Origin: Octopus bimaculoides | Lineage: Eukaryota | Length of the DNA stretch: 64,000 bases | Direction of reading: 5' to 3' | NCBI RefSeq assembly: GCF_001194135.2 | Contig: NC_068981.1 | Location: 177,413,493 to 177,477,492, forward strand | Shown here: in pieces, positions 38,512 through 50,309 of the stretch | Layout: every line of letters starts with the position of its first letter | How positions within the stretch are numbered: position 1 is the stretch's first letter | Program-made: the position numbers and the translations under genes | Notes under the pieces: generated by a model | The model's input: the letters and a program-made list of their open reading frames with translations, nothing else | Databases searched by the model: none | Told to the model about the DNA's origin: nothing

Positions 38512-39961
38512 CCAGGTTGAGTAAAAAGTTTTTTTTGTATTTCAAGCTTTAATTAATAGATTATGCAAATTACATATAAAAGTGTTTATTCATCAAAATA
38601 TATCCCATCATATTCTATTGTCAGTGTTGTACCGCACGTTCAACGTACGATATAACAGGATAATAATAATGTCCTTGCAAATTGTTTTACTCAAGATACT
38701 GGTAATAACCCTCAACAATACACAACTCTCGGCTTTACACTGCTCAAATGACTCTGTGTATGTCCATTTATATTGTTGCACAGTCCAATAGGTGTGTTCT
38801 ACTTCCACACAACAGTCAGTTGTCATCATTGTGCATTAACAATTACATACATATGTCAGTTGACTGGTACTCAAAACCTTTGCACCTGTTTTTAACCTCA
38901 TCCACACTGTTGAACCTCTGTCCATGCAAGAAGTGAGCCATGGCTTGTAAAAGGCAGTAATTTGGTGGTGCAAGGTCTGGACTGTAGACAGGGTAAGGCA
39001 GCACTTTCAGCTACTCAACTTCTTCAAGTTTGCACTTGGTCACATTAACAGTCTGTACTGGGGCACTGTCATGCTGTAGGAGTGCAAATCTTCAATTGAT
39101 CAATGCAGGGTAGCGAGCTTTCAAAGTGTCATATACTTGCTGCAGTTGTTGAGCATAAAAGTTAGCGTTCATAGCATGGCCATCTGGAACAAGTTGAAAG
39201 TGCAATACCATTCTCAAAATTTCACCAAACACACATGACCTTCTTTTCAAACAGCCCTTGTTTGACAACAAATTCTGAAGCCTGGCCAAACAAAGCCATT
39301 GATTTCTCTTGTTAAGATCATGAAAATAGATGCATTTTTCATCTCTTGGTACAATTTGATACATCTCAAAGATTTGCGAGCAACTGTTTCCAAATGTTTA
39401 CACACCATTGAGCCTGGTCATAGTAACCTATGACCAGGCTCAATGGTGTCTGTTCTCAAAGCCAAGATTATGGAGGTGTTGATTGATGGTGCTATGTGAC
39501 GGACCAAGTTCTGCCGACAATGTATGCGTGCTTGTGCTTGGATGATGTTCAACCATTTCAAGCAAGGCCTCATCTTCCACAACAGAGGTCTCCCTGACCA
39601 TGGTTTGTCTTCAAGGTTGGTGTCACTCACCTTCCTTGAAACGTCTGAACAAGTTTTGTGTCACACATTTGTTGACGGTTTCAGGGCCTTCCACATCATT
39701 AATTTCTTTTGCCATTGTCCTTGCACTGAGTCCTTTTTCCACAGGCAGTGTAAAATGGCTCTAATTGTAATTTATTTAGCATTCATTATCAAAACTATAA
39801 ATAAAGAATAAACAATTAATGTTTATTTGTTAGATATGAAAATAGAAGATAAATAATTCAGCAATGATTGAACAAGTTGTATTAAATTAATGATATAACA
39901 TGGAAATACAAGTTGCTATAAATCATCAATGAAAATCCAAAAGAAATTTAACTCAACTTGA
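38512..39961 (-). mobile_element. Degenerate mariner element
   Basis: Imperfect TIRs CCAGGTTGAGTAAAAA / TCAAGTTGAGTTAAAT (12/16). Transposase remnants LEDKPWSGRP, IVPRDEKCIYF, HDSAP, YSPDLAP and IEYDGIYFDE*. Confidence 0.85.
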
Positions 39962-40596
39962 TGGGGGGGGGGGGGGTATGCACACATACATATATAAATA
40001 TTATCATGATCATCATTGCTTTAACATTTACTTTTCCATGTTTGCATGGGTCAAGCAAACTTAGTTAAGGCAAATTTTCTATAGCTGAATGCTCATCCTG
40101 TCACCAACCCTCACCTTTTTTCCAAGAAAAATAATATTCCCCTAGTCCTTTGCACATAATTAGTACAATGATTAGAATGTTTTTATAGAAGATTGCAAAC
40201 AAACATAACCACTTATATGACAGTGATGCTTGTTTACAACTAATGTGCAATATCAAAACAAGGAAATACGAACCACACACACACATATATAACAGACTTC
40301 TTTCAGCTTCTATCAACCAGTTCATTCATAAGGCTTTGGTCAGCCCAGGCCATAGCTGGAGAGACTTGCCCATGCAAACTTCATAACCACAAAGTCATGT
40401 ATGTGTAATGGTATGTATGTGTGTGTGTACATACATATAAATGTATGAGACAGACAGACAGACAGAAAACAGGCTTCTGCAGAGCCTTAATCCACCAAAT
40501 TCACACAAAAACTCGGGGCTAGTAGTAGAAGGCAATTGGCTGAGGTTCTTTGCAGTGAGGCTGATCTAAAAATCATGTACTTATAAAGCAGACTGG

Positions 40597-40630
<34 letters not shown>

Positions 40631-40759
40631 GTTTTCTTGTTTTCTTTTACACTTGTACCTCTTTCAGCCATACTGAAACACTGCCATTAATGCCTCTTTC
40701 ATTTCAACAGCTTTCAATTTGTCTTTTTTTAAATTATTTTGGTTATCCTTATTTGTGTT

Positions 40760-42140
40760 TCTTGCTATGATGTAGATCAGTTTAGGATCTCAGATGATTA
40801 TCTAGATATCTCTGAAAATACCCAACTTCTGCTCCATGTCAATTTCTTAAAAGTTTTTTGGTAAAGCATTGAAGAGTTGTGGTCCTTTGAGCCCTGGGAG
40901 TTTTAGTACTGGATCCTGACTTTAGATGGGGAAGATAGGACCTTTGGTATTCTGCAATGGTGTCTAATTCAAGGATGGAAAAGCTTTTAATCCCAAAGTT
41001 TGGTGCTAGACCTTCCAGGATCTTTCATATCTATATTACTGTTCAATGTTCATGTCTTTGCTCTAGAGAGTAGAATCTCGCTTATCTCAGCTTCTATCTG
41101 GTGCACTTAGGCAATCTTCTGTGTAGCAGCATCATATTACTCCTAGTTCTGTCATTAATGTAGTCACTATAATTCATCATCATCATTGTTTAACGATGAC
41201 TTTGGGAACACAATTTCTTATCCTGTATTCTCTTGTTCTCAATGAGCTCAGAATCCATCCTTCCAGTTGCCTAAACATAGTAGTCATCTTAGTAATAGGG
41301 ATTTGGAATAATGTGTCATTATTCATAGTTTTCCAGGTCATGCACTGATTGTGACTTTGGGAACACAATTTCTCCTTATCCTGTGTATTATGATTGTAAT
41401 GAATTTGAGAGCTGACAGTACAGTGCTTGTAATTTTCCACCAATGAACTACATGTTTTCTTCATCTCTATTGACTACTGCATTGATCTCACTGTAGGTTT
41501 AAGATATTATCAGAGTTCTTGATTGCTTGTGATACTTTTCTATTGTTAGTGTAGCTAATAAGAGTGGTTGTATGACTGAAGCCATATCCAAGAGAGTCAT
41601 AACAAGCAGCAATCTCTAAGAGATCCAACTTAAGAATTAATGTCTTCTCTGAAAGAATGCAGTTGACTGCAACAGCTTGGCTTCTACCTTCCAAAAAGTC
41701 ATGCTGTCAGTCCCTTAGTTTCCTAACTATGTTGAGATTATGTGGCTTATAACATATTTCCTTATTAACTTTACTGAAGGCATTTGCAAAGTTGAGATAA
41801 ATGACATCTATGTTTGAATGGCTGAACTGCTGTTTCAATACTCAGCCATAATACTATAGTAGCTCTTTTCTGAACAGGAGTCATGCTGCATAATCATTTT
41901 CTTCTAGGACCAAGTCACAGTCTTCTAGAAATGTGACCAGCTTGCCTCTAACAATTTATTCCATGATTTTACTGATGTGAGAGGTTAGAGAGGGAGAGAG
42001 GTCTGTGTTTCTTAGCATCTGCTCTGCTTCCAGTTTTATAGTGGACTAGCAGTATAACCCGACATTGTCCAGGTGTGACTTATTACGCCATCTACAATAA
42101 GTCTTGCTAGGTGAAAATCAACTAAAAAAGAAAGCCTTGC
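40760..42140 (-). mobile_element. Old CR1/L2-like LINE remnant (RT to 3' end)
   Basis: Reverse-strand fragments such as ..WKILEGLAPNFGIK, GPQLFNALPK and LEIAACYDSLGYG (NVDIIYLDFAKAF-like region). Frameshifted. Confidence 0.6.
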
Positions 42141-42539
42141 AATGAAAAAACCCTTATGGTGTAAATATGTTCATAATTCAAAAGACGATGAAATTAATAG
42201 GGAAAGTCTGAAGGCCGTTTTGCGTAACATTATTAAGCGTATGTAAATTTCATCCGTCTAATTGGCTATAGAAATGCTTGTGCAAAACAACTTTTTGCGC
42301 TGCCGAGCATGCTTGCCTCATTTCTTTCTAGCCTTTGTGTATCCTTTGTATTCAAGGTACATGTCTCACTCATATGCAACATCACACTTCATACACAAGC
42401 ATCATAAAATTGGCCCTTCTCTTTGAAGGAGAAATCTTTCGTTGCCAGCAGACTCAATAGGTCTCTGAACTTATTTTCACCCAGTTTTCAGCCATATAAA
42501 CTCTCGTTTCCTCTACTAATTACTAGTTACTAGAAGCTA

Positions 42540-43660
42540 TCAATTACTGCTAAAGAGCTGCTTGGCAATTGTTTCTATGAAGTACTACCACGTGCACCTG
42601 CTACATGCAAAGTTTATATTTTCTGGTAGCCTACCTACAATCCCACTACATTTTTTGTGTGTCCATAGTTTATACTGGGTACATCATACTGAATTCCTAC
42701 TTATTCCTTTTCCACATACTGAGTATGGCCATTCTCCAATGGTAGCAAGGTCCTGCCTCCTTTCTTACATATCAATACTTTAGTCTTTGCTAAATTCAGT
42801 TTGAAGCCTCTTGACTTCAGGTTTTGTTTCCATGTCTGGAAGATCTTTTCTAATTTCTAAATTCAGCTAGGTCATCAACATAGAGAATTTCCCCTGGGCA
42901 ACCAGTCTTAAACTCTTTTTATGGTTTGGAGGACTTTAATAAATAGAAGGTGGCAAAGGACAGCCCTGATGTATCTACCTTCACATTGAATTCGTCACTA
43001 CACTTATCACTAACTTTCATCTTTCATACTATACCATTCTAGTAGCTTGTACAGCTCTCACAAGCCTTTCATCTACCACAAACTTCTCCAGTGATCACCA
43101 GACCACAGAGAAAGTCACTCTGTCAAAGGTTTTCTTAAGGTCAACAAAACAAGGTATGGTTTTATAGATGACTAGATACTTCTCCTGCATCTCTCTTACT
43201 AGGAAGAAGGCATCGGTAGTATTTCTTGGCACAAAAATCAAACTGTAAGGTGTTTATGTTTAACTTCTTAATTGTGTCATAACTCTTTCTGTAATTTTTA
43301 TAACCTGGCCCATCAGTTTAATACCTCTGTAATTCCCTTTCATAATGCATCATCTTTACCCTAGTAGTAGTTGACAATGATATCACTACACATGTCACTG
43401 GATATGACACTCTCCTGTACTATCTGAGTGACCAGTCCATATCCCATTCAACTAAATATTTTAATCATCTCAGCAGTGATTCCTGATGAATTACAGCTAA
43501 TTTACATCCACTAGGTAATTTACCAATTACTGCTAGAGAGCTGCCTGGGCACTGCACAGAATCTATTTGCAATTGCTCTTATAAATTACTACCATGGCAC
43601 CTTCTGTATGTTAAGTTTATCTTCTCTGTTAGTCTACTTGTAATCCCACTACTCTTCTTA
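42540..43660 (-). mobile_element. Two adjacent degenerate RTE fragments
   Basis: KTIPCFVDLKKTFDR and GITAEMIK on the reverse strand. The CSGI...RC.G segment occurs twice (about 42545-42650 and 43525-43650). Confidence 0.7.
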
Positions 43661-44049
43661 CGTTCTCCTCAGCACACATGTATACATACACATATATATG
43701 TGTACAAACACACACAGACATATATACACACATATGTGCACACACACATGCACTGACACTTAAGCATGTACACAAACATAGAAAAGTAGACTTGTATCAC
43801 CATGGGTAACATAAATACACATTGTAACATTTGTGAAACTAAATCATAGACCTGGAAATATCACTAGGCAATAAGGTACTAAAGCAGGAGTCAGAGATAA
43901 GTACTCAGTCTCAACCAGGTAAAAAGAAAGAACCATGATTATGGTCATGATCATTATCAGTTTAATGCCTACTTTTTCATGCTTCCATGGGTTGAAAGGA
44001 GTTAAATGGGGAAAATTTTCTATGGCAGGATGCTTTTTCTATCATCAAC

Positions 44050-44360
44050 CCTCAGCTGTTTCCAAGCAAGGTAATATTTCTCCATGGTCAGACATGTTTT
44101 CATAGAGTATTGAAAATGAATGACACTACTTGTGTGACAGTGACACACATCTACAATTATCATGCAATGTCAAGACAAAGGGACACAAACATAGAAACAT
44201 ACGATTAGCTTCTTTCAGTTTCCATTTACCAAATCCAATCACAAGGCTCTGGTCAGTCCAGAGCTGTAGTGGAAGATACATGCCTAAGGTGCCACACAGT
44301 GGATCTAAACATGAAACCATGTGTTTGGGAAGCAAACTTCTAAACTACACAGCCATGCTT
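44050..44360 (-). mobile_element. Family A SINE
   Basis: gcttctttcagtttccatttaccaaatcc..aaccatgtgtttgggaagcaaacttctaaactacacagccatgc. Confidence 0.85.
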
Positions 44361-44364
44361 CATA

Positions 44365-45450
44365 ATATATAATCATGCCTGCGAGACTAACCTTTGTGAG
44401 AACAGTATTACTTGGGATGTATAAACAGACCTCTTTTAGGAAATTTATAGCATTCTTGCTTAGTTGTAAAAAGTTTAAGTCAAGGGTGATCATTCTAAAA
44501 AAACCACTATTGACTTTATGAAGGTAGTGACTATTATAAATAAATGTATGGGGAATTATGATACCTAATTGTTATAAGGAGTACTTTTTTGTCAAGTTTT
44601 TATTTGCAAGATTTCTAGAGTTTCATATGCATAAGCAACATTTACACTTTTCACCTTTATATGGTTCTTCCAAGCCTAAAATATTTTAATCAAGTTTAAA
44701 TTTGATGACTTTAGATTTCAGGTTCCATAAGTATTCCAACAAAGATGTTGGATGTTTTAATTAAGAATTGCAAAAAGGAGAATTTCTATGAAGAAGAGCT
44801 GATTTTGAAAAGTTGGAAGCAGAGACTCTATATTGCTTAATTCCATTATGGTTGGTGACATTACAGTAATATATTACATTTTTTTCCTGAGACAGTACCT
44901 TTTAAGGGGTACAGATTAGCAACTCTACAATCACATCTACTTTTTAACAACTCATATTAATATGTCTAATGGTAGGTGATATTTCATATAGGTGTATGGT
45001 AGATAAGGTAACTTGTTTGATAACAGAGTCAGTAGGTGCTGTTACATCTACTTCTACGTTATTATCATTGCTATTAATAACTGGATTATTGCCAATTAGA
45101 ATTACCTTTTATTGCTGTTAGTTTCTCCTACACATGCATAATTGATAGAGGCATTGCACCAGCATCCATCACCTGTGTTACCAGGGTGAGTGCTGAAATC
45201 ACTATCAGGGTTGTCATTAGCCTTATTATTAATAATATTTGATAAATACTTTGTTAAATTTATAATAGAGGCAGTAATGCTATCAGCTAAATTTGAAGTA
45301 GTGAAAGTTTTTTCAGTACAAATATTGAAACTTTGGTAGTATTTATGTTTTGGCAGGAAAGTTTTCTTTATGAAGAGTATGGAGGATTTATATTGTGCTA
45401 TATTCCTCTTCTTAATTCTTTAAACATTACCAAAGTTTCTCATATATCAT
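44365..45450 (-). mobile_element. Degenerate Penelope-like N-terminal ORF region
   Basis: LSKNAINFLKEVCLYIPS resembles PLE 'LS..E..LL.KGL.F.P'. AT-rich decayed coding sequence. Confidence 0.35.
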
Positions 45451-45454
45451 TATT

Positions 45455-45915
45455 GCAAGGTGGTTGAAGAACAGTGGGTTAACAGAATCATTGGAGCATC
45501 AGATAAAATATCTCAGTATTTGTTCAGCTATTTACGTTGTATATTCAACTTAGCCTTTTCATCCTTTTGGGGTCCATAAAATCAAAAACTAGGGCTGAAG
45601 GTATCAACCCTCTCAAAACTTCTGGTCTTGTGCCTAAGTTAGAAATAATTAGTAGATGGTTGATTAGATTTAACATTGCTATGTAGATTATGGTTATTTA
45701 TATTATCTACCTTATTAGTTCCAAAGCTGGCAGAATCATTACTGCACCAGACTAAATGTGGTATTTTCCCAACTTTACATTCTGAATTCAAAATGTGCCA
45801 AGATTGACTTTACCTCTTACCTTTCAGGGTAGATAAAATAAGTACCTATTGAGTACTGGAATCAATATAATCAAATATCACCCTCCCACAAAATTTCAGG
45901 CTTTATGCCTATAGT
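45455..45915 (+). mobile_element. Two older family B SINE copies
   Basis: Heads ..aacagaatcattggagcatc (about 45480) and gctggcagaatcattactgcacc (about 45726), with bodies ..gataaaataagtacc. Confidence 0.7.
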
Positions 45916-46399
45916 AGAATGAATTAGTTCCAAAGCTGCTAGAATTTTGAGAAACAGTCTTTTATGGTTTAAATCAGTTAGAATGGTATTTCTTTTAACA
46001 CTGATATTACAGTTCTTCCTGCTACAATAGGAAGTCATTCTATTCAAGGTAGCACAACACATGCTAACGTTATTTCTGAGTGTGTTTAAACACATCCAGA
46101 AATTTACTATTAGTAAATTTATTGAACATATTTCTATTTATGGATCTACTTATGTCCATATCCTGATTATTTCTACTTGCTATTTTCTTCTCATCATTAT
46201 CACTTGTATTAATTTCATGACAACACTGTTGAATGAAAGGTTTTATTAACCTATAGATGTATTTACTAAGTCCAGTACAAAGATCCAATGTAACACACAG
46301 GAAGTTAATTTTTAAACATTCCTTGTGAAAAATATGAAAGGCTTATATACTCTGAAGAATTTGTGTATACTTGCACAATCTTCCAAGTGATGATGATGT

Positions 46400-46431
46400 A
46401 TGATTTACATACACACATACATACATACATG

Positions 46432-46493
<62 letters not shown>

Positions 46494-46554
46494 TTTAAAC
46501 ATTTGAAATCAAAACAAAGGAACAATATGAAATACTGAAAAACAACTAATTTGC

Positions 46555-46619
<65 letters not shown>

Positions 46620-46730
46620 CAGCAGCAGTAGTAGTAGTAATAGTAGTAGTAGTTATAGTGGTAGCAGGTGGAAATGAAAGAGGAGCAGCAACACCACCAG
46701 CAGCTGCTGTGGTAGTAGCGATAATAACTT
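46400..46730. repeat. Compound microsatellite (TACA)n(TA)n(CA)n and (TAG)n-(CAG)n
   Basis: Direct read; (TAG)n at about 46556-46618. Confidence 0.95.
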
Positions 46731-48216
46731 TTAATTAAGCACTTTGCATGAGTCTGATCGCAAACTTCCACATAACAATACTCTCATTTCACAAATGATT
46801 TTTATAAGCTTTTCTTACAACGGACTCATTTTTTGAAATATCAGACTTCAACATGCTTACTCATTATAATGTAAAGTATAAACTTTTATTATAGTGATAA
46901 AGAAATATAGCAAAATATTGGAATCACTTGACAGAACATAATCCTATACAAACACACAGATATGTATGCACATAGAAACTCATTGATCTTAATATACAGG
47001 AAATTATTAAAAGAAACATCTATGAAAGAAAGGAGACTAGCATGTTTCTAATCAGGTTCACCTTTCTTTTGAATTCATTAATCAGATATGTAAAAGTACA
47101 AAATTATGCTGCAGATAAAATAATCGTAACTATGCAATGCTCTATCCCCACTTTTAATACACAAAGAAAAGAAGCCTGTCAGTCAATCTCTTTGTTATCT
47201 CTTGTTCAACTGTCATGATGTTAAAATATTCCATTAATGGATGAGATATTTTCGGTATGTCAATGCAAGTGGAACATTCCTTTTACTAGACCCTGAAGGC
47301 TATAGGTTTGTTGTTCTCTTGTCTTCATGTCGTGTCATCACAACATAGAACAGCAATGTAGTAGTTATGGCAAAAATACAAATGCAGAGCCTGTGGACAC
47401 ATTTTTTTCATCGAAATATTTCTTTCTGCAGCAAATGAAAACAAGCTGTGTGCTTTATAACCCAACATTTTCTAACTTTCTGAAATTTCTAACAAGTATA
47501 GATAATTGGAACTGAATAAAATGTTAGTTTATTTGCAATGATTGCTCAGCATTTCTCACCACAATCATCATCACTGTAATATCCATTTTTCAATGCTGAA
47601 ATAAATTGGTTATGCTTACAATATTACACTTTTTTTTTTCATACATTTTAATCCAGCATAATCTCTCTTATGAAACAAAATCTTTTTCTGCACACCTCCG
47701 AACCTTCTTCTGTCACTTTGAATATATTTTTTATTTAGTAACCATTCACAAGTTCATACCAGTTAAGTAATTTTTTACAGATACCATCCAGTTTCTAACT
47801 ATTCATGTGGCTGTTTCTCAAATTTTTTGTGTATATTCAGCAGCTTATGCAAAAACATGCACTACTTAGGACGACAGCAATTATATTTCTTCTCTCACAG
47901 GCATTAAATATTTTGTTAGTATTTTGTCATTAATAACAACTCCCTAGACTTAACTTTCTCATATACTTGTCATTAAATCTTAATGCCCTATACTACAAGA
48001 ACCCACCATTGCACGTAACCACAATTCAGTGTTGTCTGTGGTAGAAAACTGGAATTAAACAGTCTTTTGTACAAGAAACAAAATTTAACTTCATTATAGT
48101 AGGAATTATCTGTCAAAAGACTTCCTGTTTGCATCATGTGCATTTATTTTGTCTGTTTATCAAGTGAACTTCTCCAAAGTTTCCTTTCTTCAATTTTTTT
48201 AACATGATGGTAATTA

Positions 48217-48440
48217 CAAATGGGTGCTGAAAAATTCCTGGCTTTGGGTAAAAGAAAATACAAGAGGATCAGTTAATTATGATTTTATTGAACATATTCC
48301 CCTTTCACATTCACACACACATTGCAGTAGTCCTTCAGTTTTTCTAATCCTTGTAAAAGAACTTGCTTGGAAGGTTGGGCCTCCAACCAGGCCTTTCACA
48401 ATATACCCTTAAAGCCAAGAACTTTTCAGTACCCCACTTG
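48217..48440. mobile_element. Mariner-type MITE (224 bp)
   Basis: About 30-bp imperfect TIRs CAAATGGGTGCTGAAAAATTCCTGGCTTT / AAAGCCAAGAACTTTTCAGTACCCCACTTG, TA on both sides. Confidence 0.85.
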
Positions 48441-48789
48441 TAACAACTCAAATGTTGAGTTAGAATTTAGTGATATGTTTTATTATTATTTATTTATTTA
48501 TTTATTTAGTAATGATTTAATTTGTGGAAGTTGGACTTAAGGGAAAATAGAGTGATATTTCAGATTCATTTGTACATATCAGCTAAGTGATATCAATTCT
48601 GAAAAGGAGTAAAGTTATCATGTAATTGATACTGGGCCATAATTCATCATTCACTAGGATAAATAAGAAAACTTTAAAAGAAAGACATTTTATCTTATTG
48701 TTCTTTGGGAGGGTCATACTGCCAGTAATGAAATATAAAAATGAAACATTTTATTTTACATATTACAGTAATTACCCAACAATACAAAA

Positions 48790-48900
48790 TCGATTTCATG
48801 GTTGTAAGTCAGCCTATTCAACAACTGAACATGCAAATGGATTTTTCTTTGCTGCTCTGACAACGGCTTGGTCTGTTTTTGTGGGAAGTACCACTCAGCT
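48790..48900 (-). mobile_element. Tc1-type transposase N-terminal remnant
   Basis: VVLPTKTDQAVVRAAKKNPFACSVVE*ADL resembles Tc1 'KTT..EDR.IVR..KKNPF.S...I.ADL'. Confidence 0.45.
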
Positions 48901-49160
48901 GTCATGATTGCTTTGCAAAACTAAAATTAGACTTTTGATCTAATTAAAATGACCATCCTACTTACTGTGTTAATAGATACTCCAAGTTGGGTCCCTAACT
49001 AACAATAATTGTAACTTTCTTCATGTAAAATCACAATTTCTACTCTGGTAGCAACAAAAATATCAAGTCCACATAGGTAATGACTTCCAAACAAATTTTA
49101 CATTGATTTAATGCAAAGCAAATAAACAAATTTATATTTATATATTTATGAAGTATATTC

Positions 49161-49598
49161 GCCACATTTGGGTGGCAAATATACTTCACAATGTCATGCT
49201 GCTACTATTTACATCTTGCTCAGAGATTCATCATTGCTTGTTTCTCCTTTTTTGAGATCAGCAACGGTTTGTCACTGGAAAAAACATATAGTATTTTGTG
49301 TATGGAACCAGTTCTCATCCCTAGCTGGTGATTGTCACATGCTGATGACGGGTTACTCAGAAACCCGGGTTCGTGTGTATCACATAAGGCTAGAGATGGG
49401 AACGATGATTTCCCTTTGCAAATACTGATCAGACACAGATAGTGTGTCGTTAGTCAGCAGGAGGAGATGTCTTCCTGGGGCTATAAACAACAGTGACATT
49501 GTCCCCTATGGGTCAGCCACATTTCAGTTGCAAATATACCTCACAATGTCGTGCTGCTACTGTTTACATTTTGCTCAGAGATTTATTATTGCTTATTT
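49161..49598 (+). mobile_element. 1.2-mer of a 355-bp unit (83-bp direct repeats) containing a hammerhead motif; retrozyme- or Penelope-pLTR-like
   Basis: 49161-49243 and 49516-49598 align without gaps at 73/83 identity, with a hammerhead core between them. Confidence 0.7.
49328..49383 (+). ncRNA. Minimal type-I hammerhead ribozyme motif
   Basis: GUGAU-ugu-CACAUG CUGAUGA CGGGUUACUCA GAAA CCCGGG U U CGUGUG-u-AUCAC. The core is intact, stem I has 6+5 bp, stem III is palindromic, the triplet is GUU and stem II is imperfect. Confidence 0.72.
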
Positions 49599-49872
49599 AT
49601 ATAATCATTTATAATATAATGTGCATATTTCTGATTGATTAATGCCCTATCATTCTTAATACACTAATTTATTGAATAATGTACTCTTGTATGATAAATT
49701 ATGGTCAATATTGAAGATATGTAGTTGTCATGAAAGATCCTGAAACTATTTTGCATCTTTGGTTGCTCAATTGTCAGTCACTGCCTATTTTCTTAGATCA
49801 TGCCCCTTTTCTTCATAATACTGGAATTTGAAGGTTCCTACAACTAATAGTTTCTGAGACAAGAGGACTTTT

Positions 49873-50233
49873 CATCATCATCATCGTTTAACATCCGCTT
49901 TCCATGCTAGCATGGGTTGGACGATTTGACTGAGGACTAGTGAAACCGGATGGCAACACCAGGCTCCAATCTCATTTGGCAGAGTTTCTACAGCTGGATG
50001 CCCTTCCTAACGCCAACCACTCAGAGAATGTAGTGGGTGCTTTTATGTGTCATCCGCACGAAGGCCAGTCAGGCGGTACTGGCAACAGCCATGCTCAAAA
50101 TGGTGCATTTTATGTGCCACCTGCACAAGAGCCAGTCCAGGGGCACTGGCAACGATCTTGCTCGAAAATCCTATGAAGGCCAGTCAGGCGGTACTGGCAA
50201 CGGCCACGCTCAAAATGGTGTATTTTATGTGCC
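49873..50233 (-). mobile_element. Family C retroposon with internal 115-bp-period duplication
   Basis: (CAT)n-cgtttaacatccgc..; gaaggccagtcaggcggtactggcaac occurs at 50060 and 50175. Confidence 0.9.
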
Positions 50234-50309
50234 TTTGACTACATTATCACAAATAATCTGTGAGCAAAAGACCTCATTCATAAGTATCTGTCCTCAGAGC
50301 CTATTCTAA

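Noticed and set aside
46343-46771. 142-aa poly-Tyr ORF (also the poly-Asn ORF at 27290 and poly-Tyr ORF at 28893)
   Set aside because: These are translations of (TAG)n and (AAT)n microsatellites.
48776-48920. Apparent 145-nt minus-strand exon (..HEIDFVLLG, superficially MRE11/metallophosphoesterase-like)
   Set aside because: The upstream residues do not fit MRE11, and another frame of the same DNA reads like a Tc1 transposase N-terminus, which explains the composition.
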